NCBI RefSeq assembly: GCF_963921235.1
Contig: NC_086097.1
Coordinates: 227,418,001-227,482,000, forward strand
DNA from: Mobula hypostoma
Lineage: Eukaryota
Length of the DNA: 64,000 bases
Reading direction: 5' to 3'
Positions within the stretch are counted from its first letter, which is position 1, and the number at the start of each line of letters is the position of its first letter. The position numbers were made by a program, and so were the translations under genes. Below, one piece after another: positions 23,711-37,899 of the stretch. The notes under the pieces were generated by a model that made no database searches, was not told where the DNA came from, and saw only the letters and a program-made list of their open reading frames with translations.

Positions 23711-26619
23711 AGTCAGCCCTTTCTCCTCACTAAAATCAAAGTATCTGAAATCATTCCTTTGTGAATAAAGGCCACACTACAGGGAGCTGTGTTCCATCAG
23801 TACTTACAGTACTATGATTTTCTGTATCACAAAATCGTGTTATCTGCACATGCATCAAGTATCATGAGTTGAAAAAATATTTTTTATTTACTTTTTTTCC
23901 TCACATAAATTTGGTAAGAGTGGATTTTATGCTGTTTTTCATAATTTTGGGTAGTGATTTCTGAACTCTGTAAAGGTGAATTTCTATTATCTTAACCCCC
24001 ATAACACATAACACAGAGGTTGCCTCCACATGTCCCAGTGGCCTTTCAGATGCCAAAAAAATGGCAAAGTATGGACAAAGGGCTGTAGAGTGGAACTAGT
24101 AGATTGCTCCGATACAGAGCTGCTGCAGACATGATTGGCTAAGTGCTCAACCCCTATTCTGTAATCATTCGATGATTCTCTAAAATTGAGGGACAGCTGG
24201 AAAGATCCTGCAACAAGGAGGCTGAAGTTAACTTTACTGACCTCCACATTGATAGTAATGGAGCAAAGGTCTTCTTAAAGATTTTTGCATTTTTCTGTGG
24301 TGACAATCTTGTAAAAACCCAGCCTGATATTACATTACTTCCATAGAAAGATGCATGTGGAATAGGAGTGGGCTGTTCATGGAGTGGTGTGTCTTTGCTT
24401 CTGCTAAGGTCCCAATCCAACCTGTGTGATCAGCCATGTTCATAACACCAGATCCAGTAATGACAGCAACAAGAACAGATGTCCTACCTAGGTTACCAAA
24501 GGCTTCCATTCCTGTGACAGTTCACAAGTCAGGAATGTGACCTCAAAAGCTCGTAAATCCATCGTGCTGATCTACCAACTGTTCCTTCGTATGTATGCGT
24601 AGTGCATAAATCAGAGGATCAGAACCTGGGGAATACCTGTATTACTTTTCCTTGTGAGAAAAGCAACAAATGACTCCAATGCATTCCTTGTTCAAATATG
24701 TTCCATGATACCTATTACATGAAGCTTTGAACTCCAATTGATATCAGCAGAGTCGGAAACAGGTGTGCATTGGATATACCTGGTCCAATTTCATAAATGC
24801 ACCATTGCATCTGGAACTGATTACTGATGGCTTGCTCTGAGTGAATTGAAAGGATCGTGTAGTACTGTTTATTTCAACATCGCACGATTCAATTTCTCGG
24901 CAATTTGACCACAGCAATAAAAAAAGTTCAAAAGAAAAACTCTGATTGTGAAATACTTGTATACTGATTTTTGTAATCACTCCTTTACAAGGCACAATTT
25001 TGTAAAATCAATGTACTGTATAACTGTACCTAGACAAAGAAGCAGCATTTGTTATTATCCTGAAGTAGTTTTCAATAAATCCTCAGCAAGGGTTAAAAAA
25101 AAACCTGATGCACATAACTGTGTTATGTACACAAACGTGGCTGAAAGATAAAACCCATTTGTCTGTAAAGACATTGACAGAGGAAATTATTTTCAAGAAG
25201 CTGTTTCTAATACAAATGAACTTATTAAAAATGATAGCTCAGGGCTGATTCTGGCTAAGCAAAAAAGCATCTGGCTTGATATTTTGGGCAGCAAGCCAGA
25301 AAAATATGGTCTGGGCCCCTTTTTTATTTTTGTTGGTATGCTAACAATTACTGTACCATTTTTGTTTAGACACTAGTTTACTGGCTTTAGCAACTTCCAA
25401 AATACAGAGATATTACCATTTGCTGTGCATTGGCCAAACAAAAGCATGTTTCGAAAGGACATGTTTCAATGTGTTTTATTGTATTATAATTTTGAAACTG
25501 CCTTCAGCACTATGGGTTTTTTAGTGCTTGCAGTGCTGAATGTTTACATAAGTTGCAATCGATGTGCTGTCTGCCAGTTAATCCATTACAGTTCTAATAT
25601 ACTGTATGTTATGGCATTAAGCAGTAATGATTCACTTAAAATTATGCAGCACAATTTATAGTTGTACATGCAGTTCTGTAATTTTTCATTTCAAAGTGGA
25701 AGTGATATTACTTCATCTTTCAATATCTACATTGCATAACATCAAAACAAATTGAATCTCACCAAGAATGGGTGAAAGTATGGGAAAAGACAACCTACTT
25801 GGCAATTTAAACACTTTATATTTACCCTGTTTGATCTTCTGAAGGACATGAAAGTTAATCTCCAGGTTCCATTTTTAAGCAGTCATCCTCTGTAAAAGCT
25901 CACTCTGCCTAGTACATGATTCAAATGAATATGAAATTTTACTGGCCTAATTATTTGATACTTTGCCCCTCAGATGATATTTTAATGATTTCATAGAAGT
26001 TAAGGTATTACCTTATTCCAAGATGTGTTCTTATATCAGCCCCTTATCATCACTTTCAATTATAAGCACAATCATTATAACTTAGCTCATCAAAACAACA
26101 CTGAGAGAAAATACAATCTCAAGCTTTGTTTTACTTAAGTATTGATAGTTTTACATTTTCCTCTATTAAACAATCTACTGTACCTACTCATTAAAAAAAG
26201 CTTTCAGTTTACATTTTGCATCTGACCATTTTAATTCCTCATGTTGCCAACTTTATGTGTGAAGTCTTGTGTCACATAGTTAATCCCAGTCAGCAGACTC
26301 TGAATTCTCCTCTTATTTCAATGTCAGTTTTGTAAAGCATTCCAACAGTTTGCACAATGTGCTAAATATTAATTAAGTCAGACAGATTTCTCCCCATGTA
26401 AACCATAGAAGTAGTAGATCAATTTAATTGAAGTTCTTCAGAATTTTTTTCTACTTTATACACTTTATAAATTATTTCAGGATGCATGCCTCTAGTCTGT
26501 TCTCTTTCCCGAGACCACAGTTACCAACAGTCTGCAAACTACTGAGAACTAAGCAGCATCTTATAAAGTTGCTTTTCCCTTTTGAGCTTCAGTTTGCTCC
26601 CTTGCAGTTTGCCTTATAA

Positions 26620-27240
26620 CTAATCAATAGGAATAGGATACTTTCAGCCGAGAGTCAGCAGTAATACCCAATGCCTTGGACCAGGGCAAAATATCAATCC
26701 AGCAAGCTAGTAGAATGTTGGTTTTACCTCGGGGCTGCAATACAAATAAGAAGTTATGCTCCAGTTGTAAGGAACTATAGTTAAAAATAATCTGGAACAT
26801 TGCATACAAATTGGGACACTGCACCTCAGGAAAAATACATTGGCCTTGGAAAGATTCATTTGATTGATATTAATGTGAAATAATGAGGACAGGCTGTACC
26901 AAGTACTATAATACCCTTGCATTTAGAATACTGAGAAGGGATCAATTAATTTGTTTAAAGGATTTGATCAGATAAATACAGGGTAACTATTTACTGCAGT
27001 TGGGAATATAAAAGATGAGAGTTTAGTGCATAGATCAAGGGTCATTCAAGAATTAAATTGGAAAGCACTTTTTCACAAAGTGATGAGTGGAAATCTGAAA
27101 TTCAGACTACAAAAGGCAATGGGTGTTGGATCTGAAGTTTTCAAGACTAAAATCAACAGACTTTTGTTAAGAATGTCACGGAGTATTAAAATATTAAGGA
27201 ACTGAAGGTCTTTAGGAGCTGAAAGACCTTCTCCTGTTTG
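26620..27240 (+). mobile_element. Highly decayed CR1 3' fragment
   Basis: Remnants of the CR1 C-terminal region (ctggaacattgcatacaaattggg, cactttttcacaaag). Confidence 0.6.
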
Positions 27241-28314
27241 TAGTTATTGATTATGTATAGCTAAACATCTCCAGGTAGGTCATACAAAAGCTATAATTGT
27301 CTTTCCTTTTATCCAGTAAATGGACCTCCTCAGATTAAAAATGGAGAGAAAATAAAATCTGTTGTATATTTAATGTTTTAGTAGTATTAAGTAATATTGT
27401 AAATATATTGTTATATATAATATACAAAGCATAGCAAAATCATTTAAGTCAATTATCTGCTTAAAACAATGTTAAGACAGTTAATGACCAAATAACAGTG
27501 CCTCTCCCCCTTCCTCTCACCATTATTTTCTTGAGTTATGAGAACTCTTGTTTCATTTGAGAGGAGAAAATGCTCAGCTGGTCAGGAAGTTACCATTACA
27601 TTTTTAAGTTGGTGACCATCCTGAGGAAAAGTCACGGACCTGAAATAAAGTGTTTATTCTGTTTCTCACTCCACACATGATGCATGACCTACTCAGTACT
27701 TCCTGCTTTTTCTTGTTTCATTTTACATTTCCCATGTTTACAAACTTTTATTTTCAGTTATTAGAGGACTCTTATTAGTTCTTTAGTGGAGTTCCATGAT
27801 GTTTCAAAGGCACTTATAATTAATGGATTAATGGCCCTTCATTAAGAAAGGTGTTGCATTCCACAAAAACGGTACATTTCATGACTTTCTGTAAGACACA
27901 GCCACATTATGTCGATTCCATCAAGAAATGTGAGTGGAAAAAAAGATGGCACACAGATTCTTTGAGGTGAATTTTTTTCCATTTCTCAGATTTTTGTTAA
28001 TTATTTGTGAATCGTAACTGCCATAACTCAGGGATTGCCTGAATTCTACTGATCATTTAATCCACACACATTGATCCTTAGGTCTTTATGTTTAAGTTAT
28101 TGTACTTCAGACTAGTGCCAGGTCAACCCAGAGTGGCATTGGAAATTAATTATGAGTGGCTATAAAAATGTATATTTTTGTTTTAGTGTTGTGTTAAAAT
28201 GGGAGTAGAGATTGGAGCAGACAAAACCATGAAAATCTCTTAAGTCGGCATCAAGAGTAAAGCCTTGCGAAACCCAGTTATAAATTATTGGTGACTGCAT
28301 TACCTTTAGAGGCA

Positions 28315-29360
28315 TAGAGTTATAGAGTCCATATCATAGAACATAGAACAGAGAAATCTACAGCACATTACAGGCCCTATGGCCCATAATGTTGTGCCGA
28401 CCATGTAACCTACTCTAGAAATTGCCTAGTATTTCCCTAGAGGATAGCCTCTTGTTTTCCTAAGCTCCATGTACCTATATAAGAGGCTATTAAAAGACCC
28501 TATTGTATCTGCTTCCACCACTGCCTCCGGCAGTTCACTCCTCACATCCACCACTCTATGTGTGAAAAACATACACCTGACATCCCCTCAGTACCCATTT
28601 CCAAGCATCTTAAAATTATGCCCCTTCGTGTTAGCCATTTCAACCCTGGGAAAAAGCCTCTGGCTATCCACACAATCAATACCCCTCATCATCTTATACG
28701 CCCCTATCAGGTCACCTCTCATCCTTCATTGCTCCAAGGAGAAAAAGTCAAGTTCACTCAACCTATTCTCATAGAGTATGCCCTCCAATTCAGGCAACAT
28801 CCTTGTAAATCTCCTCTGCACTCTCTCTATAGGGTCCATATCCTTTCCATAGTGGGGTGACCAGAACTGAACACAGTACTCCAATTGGGGTCTGATCAAG
28901 GTCTTATATAGCTGTAACATTACCTCACGGATCTTGAACTCAATCCCATGATTGATGAATGCCAACACACCATACACCTTCTCAACAACAATGTCAACCT
29001 GTGCAACAGCTTTGAGTGTCCTATGGACACAGAACTCAAGATCTCTCAGATCCTCGATACTGCCAAGTCCTACCATTAATATTATATTCTGTCTTAGAAA
29101 TTGATCTAGCAATATAAACCACTTCACAGTTATCTGGGGTGAAGTCTATCTGCCACTTTTCAGCCCAGTTCTGCATCCTATCGATTTCCTGCTGTAACCT
29201 CTGACAACCCTCCAGACTATCAACAACATCCCGAACCTTTGTGTCATCAGCAAACTTACTAACCCATCCTACTACTTCTTCAACCAGATCATTTATAAAA
29301 ATCACAAAGAGGAGGTGTCCCAGAACAAATCCCTGCGGAACACCACCGATCACCAACCTA
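28315..29360 (-). mobile_element. CR1-clade LINE 3' fragment
   Basis: GVPQGFVLG..FINDL..SKFADDTK; LYKTLIRPQLEYCVQFWSP; catagaa-repeat tail. Confidence 0.93.
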
Positions 29361-29361
29361 C

Positions 29362-31720
29362 ATCAAGATTTCAAAGGTTCAAAGATCCAATTTAATGACA
29401 AAGAAATATATACAATATACATCCTGAAATGCTTTTTCTTTGTGAACATCTATGAAAACAGAGAAGTGCCCTAAAGAATGAACGACAGTCAAACGTAAGA
29501 ACCCCAAAGCCCCACGCCCCAGCTCCCCTCCCTCCTGCGCGTAAGCCACAGCGAGCAACAATCCCCCCTCCCCCAAGCATTGGCACCACCACCAAGCACT
29601 CTAGATGGTACTTGAGCTATGCCTAGCCACACAGTCATGTGTATATAGAGAGCAGAGCAGTGGGCTAAGCACACATCCCTGAGGTGCACCAGTGTTGATC
29701 ATCAACGAGGAGGAGATGTTATCACCAATCCGCACAAACTGTAGTCTTCCGGTTTGGAAGTCAAGGATCCAATTGCAGAGGGAGGTACAGAGGCCCAGGT
29801 TCTGCAACTTTTCAATCAGGATTGTGGGAATGATGGTATTAAATGCTGAGCTATAGTCGATGAACAGCATCCTGACGTAGGTGTTTGTGTTGTCCAAGTG
29901 GTCTAAACCCGTGTGGAGAACCAATGAGATTGTGTCTGCATTGACCTATTGTGGTGATAGGCAAATTGCAATTGGTCTAGGTCCTTGCTGAGGCAGGAGT
30001 TCAGTCTGGTTATAACCAACCTCTCAAAGCATTTCGTCACTATCGATGTGAGTGCTACCGGGTGATAGTCATTAGGGCAGCCCACAGTGTTCTTCTTAGG
30101 CATTGGTACAATTGTTACCTTTTTGGGAACTTCTGCCCGTGGCGGTGAGAGGTTGAAAATGTCCTTGAATACTCCCGCTAGTTGGTTGGCACAGGTTTTC
30201 AGAGCCCTACCAGGTACTCCATCAGGACCTTCTGCCTTTCGAGGGTTCACTCTCTTTAAAGACAGTCTAACATCGGCCTCTGAGACGGAGATCACAGGGT
30301 CGTCAGGTGCAGCAGGGATCTTCACAGCTGTAGTTGTGTTCTCCCTTTCAAAGTGGGCATAGAAGGTGTTGAGTTTATCTGATACTGAAGCATCGCTGCC
30401 ATTCATTGGGTTTTGCTTTGTAGAGTTGCCGTGCATCTAATATCACCTCCAACCTCATTTGAAATTGTCTATTCGCCATTGAAATAGCCCTCTGCAAATC
30501 ATACCTGGATTTCTGGCACAGGCCTGGGTTGCCAGACTTGAATGCCACAGATCTAGCCTTCAGTAGATGACGTACCTCCTGGTTTATCCACGGCTTTTAG
30601 ATTGGGAATGTACAGTAAGTCTTTGTAGGCACACACTCATCCACACAGGTTTTAATGAAGTCGGTAACAACTGCAGCATACTCATCCAGGTTCAAAGATG
30701 AATCCCTGAATACAGTCCAGTCCACTGATTCAAAGCAGTCCTGTAGGCGCTCCTGTGCTTCCCTTGTTCATACCTTCTTGGTCCTCACTGCTGGTGCTGG
30801 AGCCTTCAGTCTCTGCCTATACTCAGGTGGTAGAAGTACAGCCAGGTGATTAGTCCCAAAGTGAGGGCATGGAATAGCACGGTAGGCATTCTTGATGGTG
30901 GTGTAGCAATGGTCCAGTGTGTTGCTTCCTCTGGTATTGCAAGTGATCTGTTGATGGTAGTTGCTTAGTGATTTTTTCAGACTGGCCTTGTTAAAATCTT
31001 CCAAAAAGATGGTAAAGGCATTAGGGTGCGCTGTTTCGTGCATGTTGATCCCATTACTCAAATCATCTAAAGCCTGCTTGACATTGGCCTGAGGTGGAAT
31101 GTAAACTGCTACCAAAATGACCCTGGAGAACTCCCGTGGTAGATAAAAAGGACGACACTTTACTGCTGGATATTCCAGGTCTGGTGAGTGGAATTGGGAC
31201 AGCACTGATATATTTGTGCACCAAGAAGAGTTGATCATGAGGCATAGTCCTCCACCTCTGTTTTGAAAGACTCTATAGATCTATCCTGATGGTGTATAGT
31301 AAACCCGTCAATCTGAATCACTGCATCCAGTATGGAAAGAGTTAACCAGGATTCTGTGAAACAAAGGACACGCATGGTCCTAATGTCCCTCTGATTCAGC
31401 ACTCTGGCTCTGAGATCATTGGTTTTATTCACCAGAGACTGCACGTTCGCCAGGAAGATAGTACAGGGAGTTTAAAACCCCTTTTCCTTAAACGCACTTG
31501 TAACCCTGATCTACACCTGCGCTTCCTCCGAGGTGTCCTCCATGGGCACTTCCAGCCACAAACGGTATTGTTTCCGTCAGTTTTTAAGCAATGATAGTTT
31601 GTTTAAACGCATTAAGACATCTTTGTTGGCTGTACTTGGAAGCAGTTGTGCTTTTTAGCTATAACAGGCTGAAATGGGAATATTTAATCGTATCCATTGA
31701 GAGTACTGCTGCTACTCGAG
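29362..31720 (-). mobile_element. Rex1-type LINE 5' half (APE endonuclease and RT to just before FADD) joined at ~29600 to a different non-coding 3' tail
   Basis: [59 protein letters not shown]. Confidence 0.93.
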
Positions 31721-32640
31721 TCGTGCCTATGTGTATCCCCTTTAAAGCTCCTTCTTCTTTCCTTAAATCGATTTTATGCCCTCTTAATTTTGATACCCCT
31801 ATCGTAAGAAGAAAGATTCTGATCATCTCATAATCTTTTAGGCTTCTAATAGGTCACCCATCAGTCACCTTCACTCCAGGAAAAACTAGCCCAGCTTATC
31901 CAATCTCTCCCTATAACTAAAATCCTTCATTCCAGGTAACATCCTGGTGAATCTCCTCTTCACTCTCCAGCACATTCACATTTTCCTATGGTGAACCATG
32001 GCAGTCCAGGTAGTAAGGAAACTTGTGTATTGCTCTTTAGACAGGGAGTTCCAGGATTTAAGGTCAATAATAGTGAAATAATGGCAATATATTTGCCAAG
32101 TCAGGAAAGTTTGTAATTTGAAGGGTAACTTAGAAGGGCTTTCATGTGCCTTTGCATTTCCTGTGCTCACTTTCTGAAGTACTGGATTGGAAGGTGCAGC
32201 CAGGGAAACCCGGATGAGTTATCACCATACATCTTGTAGATTCTGTGAGCTGCAGCAGGAAATGCTAATGTTACAGGGAGGGCATACTCTGTGTGGTTAA
32301 TCAATACATTTTTGTCCTAAGCACCATTTTGAGCTTTTTGAATATTTTGAATATTGATGAAGTTGCATTATGTGGACAACTGAGGAGCAACACTACTCAC
32401 TTTTGATGGCTTTATGAAAACAAAGGCTCGTTCAGTTCAATAATCCAGGCCTAGAAATCCCATCATGCAATCTAATTTCATTTTTGAGAACTGAAGCATC
32501 GTCTCTGGAATTGGAAACGGTAGTTTGCATTGAGGTTTTTGACAGTTCTGTACATAACTTCCAAAACAGGTTGACAATGTATTGTTACTATAAAAACAAT
32601 ACGTTTCCTTGAAAAGGGATCTAGTACTTTCCCAGCATTA

Positions 32641-32781
32641 TGATGAATAAATACTTCACGGGTTTCCATCCAGGTACAGGTATCAATTTTAACTGACGTT
32701 TTGATGAAGATGGCAGTGTTTGTTGTCAGTGAAAAATTTATATCTGTCCCAGCTGGAAGCCTGCAAAGAGTTTATTCGTCA
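32641..32781. mobile_element. Decayed fold-back remnant, probably from a second Penelope-like family
   Basis: Terminal inverted similarity tgatgaataaa..cgggtttcca..ggtacaggtat / atatctgtccc..tggaagcctg..tttattcgtca; central gacgttttgatgaagatggcag. Confidence 0.55.
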
Positions 32782-34404
32782 ATATGTTTCATTACTTAAA
32801 ACGTAAACTTAATAATCATTGTGTTCTTGTGAGTTCCCAGAATGCTGTTCAGTATTATTTGAATATCTATAAATGTTTACCCTCAGTGTTTATACATTCA
32901 ACCATTTCTGGCATAAGTTATCCATTTCTATTTAACACTCCAAGTTTGTGAGTGAGACAATAATGAGCTTCTCTTATTGTGCAAGTTCGCTGTTAGTGGA
33001 GAGTCAGGAGATGGGCTATCACAATGTTTGATTTGGCATCTCTGGCTCTAATGTCAATAAGACTTTTGCTTTGTTCACTTTGGAAGTGCATTGAGATCCC
33101 CCCAAAGGAAACACTTTCCTCACCACATCATTCAGTGTAATTGAAATGCCAGAGGTTATTGGGGCAAATTTATCAAAATTCCTGCCAGTAATTTTAGATT
33201 TTTCTTCATGGATGAAAATACAGATGAGAACACAATATTTTTCACGTAAAGGCTGATGGAGATGCACAACTAGATGGTCAGTGTATTGACAGGTTTGCCT
33301 CACTGAATGTCAGAAATAGCAAAGGATGCAAAATTTATCGTTAAGCTCACACGGGTTTTTTTTTGTGGACCTTTTCAACCAGAATTCCATTGTGGAGAAT
33401 GCAGACACTTCATTATTGGGTAACAATCCCATCATAAAGCATTTCCTGGTTTGTTTGACAGTGGTTATAAAGGAACCAAGTCTTGCTGCCTCTACTAAGT
33501 TTTCCATTATCCAGCTGGAGCTCTGACTCAGCCACATCTAGGTAATTTACAACTCTTTAAAACCAATATACCATTGGGGAGCAGCTTGATGATTTCATTG
33601 AGCAGAGAAGTGCCAATTGTAAGTATATTATAGTTCTCAGTGGATAAAGGAATTGTGCCCATGAGTGCTTCCAATCCTACATGGGCAAAAGGAGGATGCA
33701 CACTTGCAGTTAGTTTTTCTCCTATGTGGGCAAGGAATGTGGGAGCATCACCACGCAAGATTCCCTCCATATTGCAGATAATCCTCTCTTGGTAATATAT
33801 TGCCATTCTTTCTTCATACCTCCATACCCAACAAAATCAAGTGAGTATCTTCCCCAAATGTACTCTAGTGGTTTAAGAAGGAGGTTCACTCCCACTTTCG
33901 TAAAGGCAATGGAGGATAACAACTTTTCAAAACAATTAATGCAGAAGATGTGCCCCAAACCCCTTCACCAACTTACCCCATCCTGTCCTTACACCTTTTT
34001 TTCATGATCAGAGTCCCATTATGAATACAAAGAGCTGATGCTGAGGAAAGAACTGTAGGGGTACAATACCTGTGATGTAAGCTGGGGGGGGAGTGGTTCT
34101 ACAGGTTGGATCAAATCTAGTTAAAATGGTAGTAGAGAATCTGTGTGCCAACAAGCTGTTGGATTACAAAATCCTGACAGTTTGCCAAGTTCGGACCATT
34201 GATGTCCATCCTTGCTCTGTTAAAAATACAAGTCAAGATGTTCCTAATGCTAAGTGTGCAAAGGAGGACCATACAACTAGTAATACTGAAGACATATGAG
34301 ATATTGATGCATTTATTTGCACCACAAATTATGGATAAAATCTATTGTGAAGATATTGTAAAAGTTCTGATGAGACAATTCAACCTAGCACCTCCAAAGA
34401 TTTT

Positions 34405-35830
34405 TGATAGTTCAAGTTTATTGCATTTCAACTATAAACAAGTACACCGCCAAATGAGACAACATTCCTCCAGACCAAGATGCACAATACAGCACATATG
34501 ACTCACACACAAAACACATGAAGAAGTATTACCACAAATAAATGAATAAATAATAAGGTGCATATACGATACAAGTTAAAAAGTAAACAAGTATAACATT
34601 ACTGGCACTTCATGCATGATGAGACTTGGGTGGTGGTAGGGAATTCAGTAGTTTTATATCCTGGGATTTGAAACTGTACCCCATCCTAACAGTTCTTATC
34701 CTAATGTTATGATACATCCTGCCTGATGTTAGGGGATTAAAGGGTTTGTTAGATAGATGGAGGGATCACTGACAATGGGTAAAGGTCCTGCATACACAGT
34801 GACCCTGATAATTATCTCTCATGAGTGGAAGAGAGACCCCAATGATTGATGCTGCTGTGCTTTCTTGACCAAGGAGATAGTGTTGAAGAACCAGTTGAAA
34901 TTAGCCATTACGTGCACTCCCAGAAACTTGATGCTCCTAACTCTGTCCATGGAGGAACCATGTATGTGTAGTGAGGAGTGGTTAGCCTGCACCTTCCTAA
35001 AGTCCACAATCATCTCATTGATCTTGTCCACATCGAGACCTAAGTTGTTGTACTTGCACCATTCTATCAGCCGCATAATCACCTCTCTGTACATCGTCTT
35101 GTCTTTGTCAGTGTTGTGTCATCAGTGAACTAGATGATTGGGTTTGAAATGGATCTGGCAATGCAGTCATGCATCAGCAGTGTGGACAGCAGCAGACTGA
35201 GCACACGGCATTGGGGAGTGCCAATGCTGGTTAGCATGTGTAACCAGGGCCAAGTTCAAGTTAAATTTTATTATCTTAGACATATATACTCAGGGCTTAT
35301 ATTCCACAAAAATTTGCTTTTTGCAGCGGGAACACAGTCCATTACAAATATGACAGAATTTAATGTAACCTTAAATTAACATCAATTATAAGTAACTTAC
35401 TTGGCACAATAAATATAATGACACTAATGTAAATTGAGAGTCTGATTTATATAGTTTGAGGTAGGATTAGGGTTTTCAGATCAGTTCAAGAACCTGATGG
35501 CAGTGGGGAAGGAGCTGTTGTTAAGCTGTGAATGTGGGTTTTCAGGCTCCAGTACTTGGCTGAGTTCCCTGCCTCTGGAGCCTCTTGCATTCCTGTGCAT
35601 TGAAGTTTCCATACCAGACCATGATACAAACAGTCAGAATGCTTCCCATACATCTGTAGTTTTGTCAGAGTCTTCAATGATATGTCAAATCTCCTGAAAG
35701 TAGAAACACTGATGCATCTTCTTTATGGTTTTCTCTTTATGATGCACTTTGGATGACTCCTCCAAGATGTTGGCATCCATGAACTAGAAGTTGCTCATCC
35801 TTTCCACCACAGAACCTTCATTGAGGACTA
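34405..35830 (-). mobile_element. Stacked, decayed Rex1-type 3' fragments
   Basis: WCKYNNLGLDVDK..MIVDFRK..KFLGV..KKAQQ; repeated Rex1-like tails. Confidence 0.8.
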
Positions 35831-35861
35831 GTGCATGTTCAACTTCCTTCCACTCTCTAAA

Positions 35862-36950
35862 AGCATGGAAACACAGAAGACCTACAACACAATACAGGCC
35901 CTTCGGCCCACAATGCTGTGCCAAACATGTACTTACTTTAGAAATTACCTAGGGTTACCCATAGCCCTCTATTTTTCTAAGTTCCATGTACCTGTCCAGG
36001 AGTCTCTTAAAAGACCCTATCGTATCCACTTCCACCACTGTTGCCGGCAGCCCATTCCATGCACTCATCACCCTCTGCGTAAAAAAACTTGCCCCTGACA
36101 ACTCCACCTCTACCTACTTGCAAGCACCGTAAAACTTATGTCCTCTTGTGTTAGCCATTTCAGCCCCGGGACATAGCCTCTGACTATCCACACGATCAAT
36201 GCCTCAAAATCCACAATCAGTTCATAGAACTTGGAATTCTACAGCACATTACAGGCCCTTCGGCCCATAATGTTAGAACGTAGAACTTAGAAAACCTACG
36301 GCACAATATAGGCTCTTCGGCTCACAAAGCTGTGCCGAACATGTCCTGACCTTAGAACGACCTAGGCTTACCCATAGCCTTCTATTTTCCTAAGCTCCAT
36401 GTACCTATCCAGGAACCTCTTAAAAGATCCTGTCGTTTCCTCCTCCCCCACCGCCGCTGGTGGCCCATCCCACGCACTCACCACCCTCTGCGTAAAAAAC
36501 TTACCCCTGACATCTCTGTACCTGTATCCAAGCACCTTAAAACTATGCCCTCTTGTACTAGCCATTTCAACCCTGGGAAAAAGCCTCTGACTATCCACAC
36601 GATCAATGCCTCTCAGCATCTTAAACACCTCTATCAGGTCACTCTCATCCTCCGTCGCTCCAAGGAGAAAAGGCCGAGTTCACTCAACCTATTCTCATAA
36701 GGCATGCTTCCCAATCCAGGCAACATCCTTGTAAATCTCCTCTGCACCCTTTCTATGGTTTCCACCTCCTTCCTGTAGTGAGTTGGCCAGAATTGAGCAC
36801 AGAATGGTGCCAACCTACTCTAGAAACTGCCTAAAATTTCCCTAGCGCATAGCCCTCTATTTTCCGAAGCTCCATGTACCTATCTCAGAGTCTCTTAAAA
36901 TACCCTATTGTATCTGCCTCCACCACCATCGCTGACAGTGCATTCCACAC
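35862..36950 (-). mobile_element. Cluster of three CR1 3' ends, one nested inside another
   Basis: acagcac..acaggcccttcggccca-like tail motif recurs at ~35885, ~36240 and ~36300; TRGHSFKV..FFTQRVV ORF remnant. Confidence 0.9.
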
Positions 36951-37049
36951 TTTTCAGAGACTCCAGCACATCCTCTTTCTTAACGTCTATATGCTCAAGC
37001 ATTTCAGTCCGCTGTAAGTTCCTTGGTTTTGCTGATCTTGTTATGACAT

Positions 37050-37880
37050 CACCCATCCAGCTAACCTTTCTCACTCCTGTACACCTCCTATTACCATCTG
37101 TAGTTCTGCCAACAACAGTGGTATCATTGGCAAATTTATTGATGGTGTTAGAGCTATGATTAACCACACAGTTGTAGAAACAGAGAGGGTCTAGCAGAGG
37201 GCAAAGCACACAGCCGTGAGGTTTTCAATCTGAATAGATTGTGGTGTCACAGTGGGAAGTTAAGGATCTGATTAAAGAATACTTCATTATGATAGGTTTT
37301 GTGGGGATGATGGTACAGAACATCGAGCTAATGAACAACAGCCTGACATACCTGTTCCTGTTGTGTAGGTGAATATAGAGCCAACCAGATAATGTATGTC
37401 TAAAATGGAAATAGAGAAATTGAACTGGATCCAGGTTCATACTGAGACAGAAGATGAATTGAGCCATAAACAACCTTTGATAATGCTTCATTATGATGGG
37501 TGTAAGCACTACCAGATGGTAGAGGTTGCGACAGGTCTTCCAGCTCTTCTTTGTCATTGAGACAAAAAATGTCTTCTTGAAGTAGATGGGAACATCAGAC
37601 TGCAGAAGCAAAAGGCTGAAGATGTCCCTGAACAGTTCGTCAGCACTGGGTTTTAGCTCCCAACCAGGAACAACGTCTTGGCCTGACATCTTGCAAGGGT
37701 TTGTGCTCCTGAAGAGCATTCTGATATCATTTTCCGAGACAAAGTTCACAGGGTCATTGTGTGTTTATTTATTGATTTAGCAATGCAGCGTGGAGTAGCC
37801 GCTAACTGCCACGCTACTGTGGTGCCCATCAGGGTATGTCATTATTCTCCCTCTCAGAGTGTACAGAAAAGGCATTAAGC
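37050..37880 (-). mobile_element. Decayed Rex1-type RT fragment
   Basis: DIFSLLLLQS.VP.YFKK, LDPVQF, YVRLLFI, NKFANDTT. Confidence 0.8.
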
Positions 37881-37899
37881 TCATCAAGGCATTTATTAT

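Noticed and set aside
24150..25400. Short ORFs and a minus-strand GAG|gtcagt donor suggesting a nested gene
   Set aside because: Stops in candidate frames, no convincing acceptor, no recognisable peptide.
32950..34400. Cluster of 65-100 aa ORFs considered as an endogenous viral element or retrogene
   Set aside because: No recognisable motifs and inconsistent frames and strands; a TBLASTX/HMM search would be needed to revive it.
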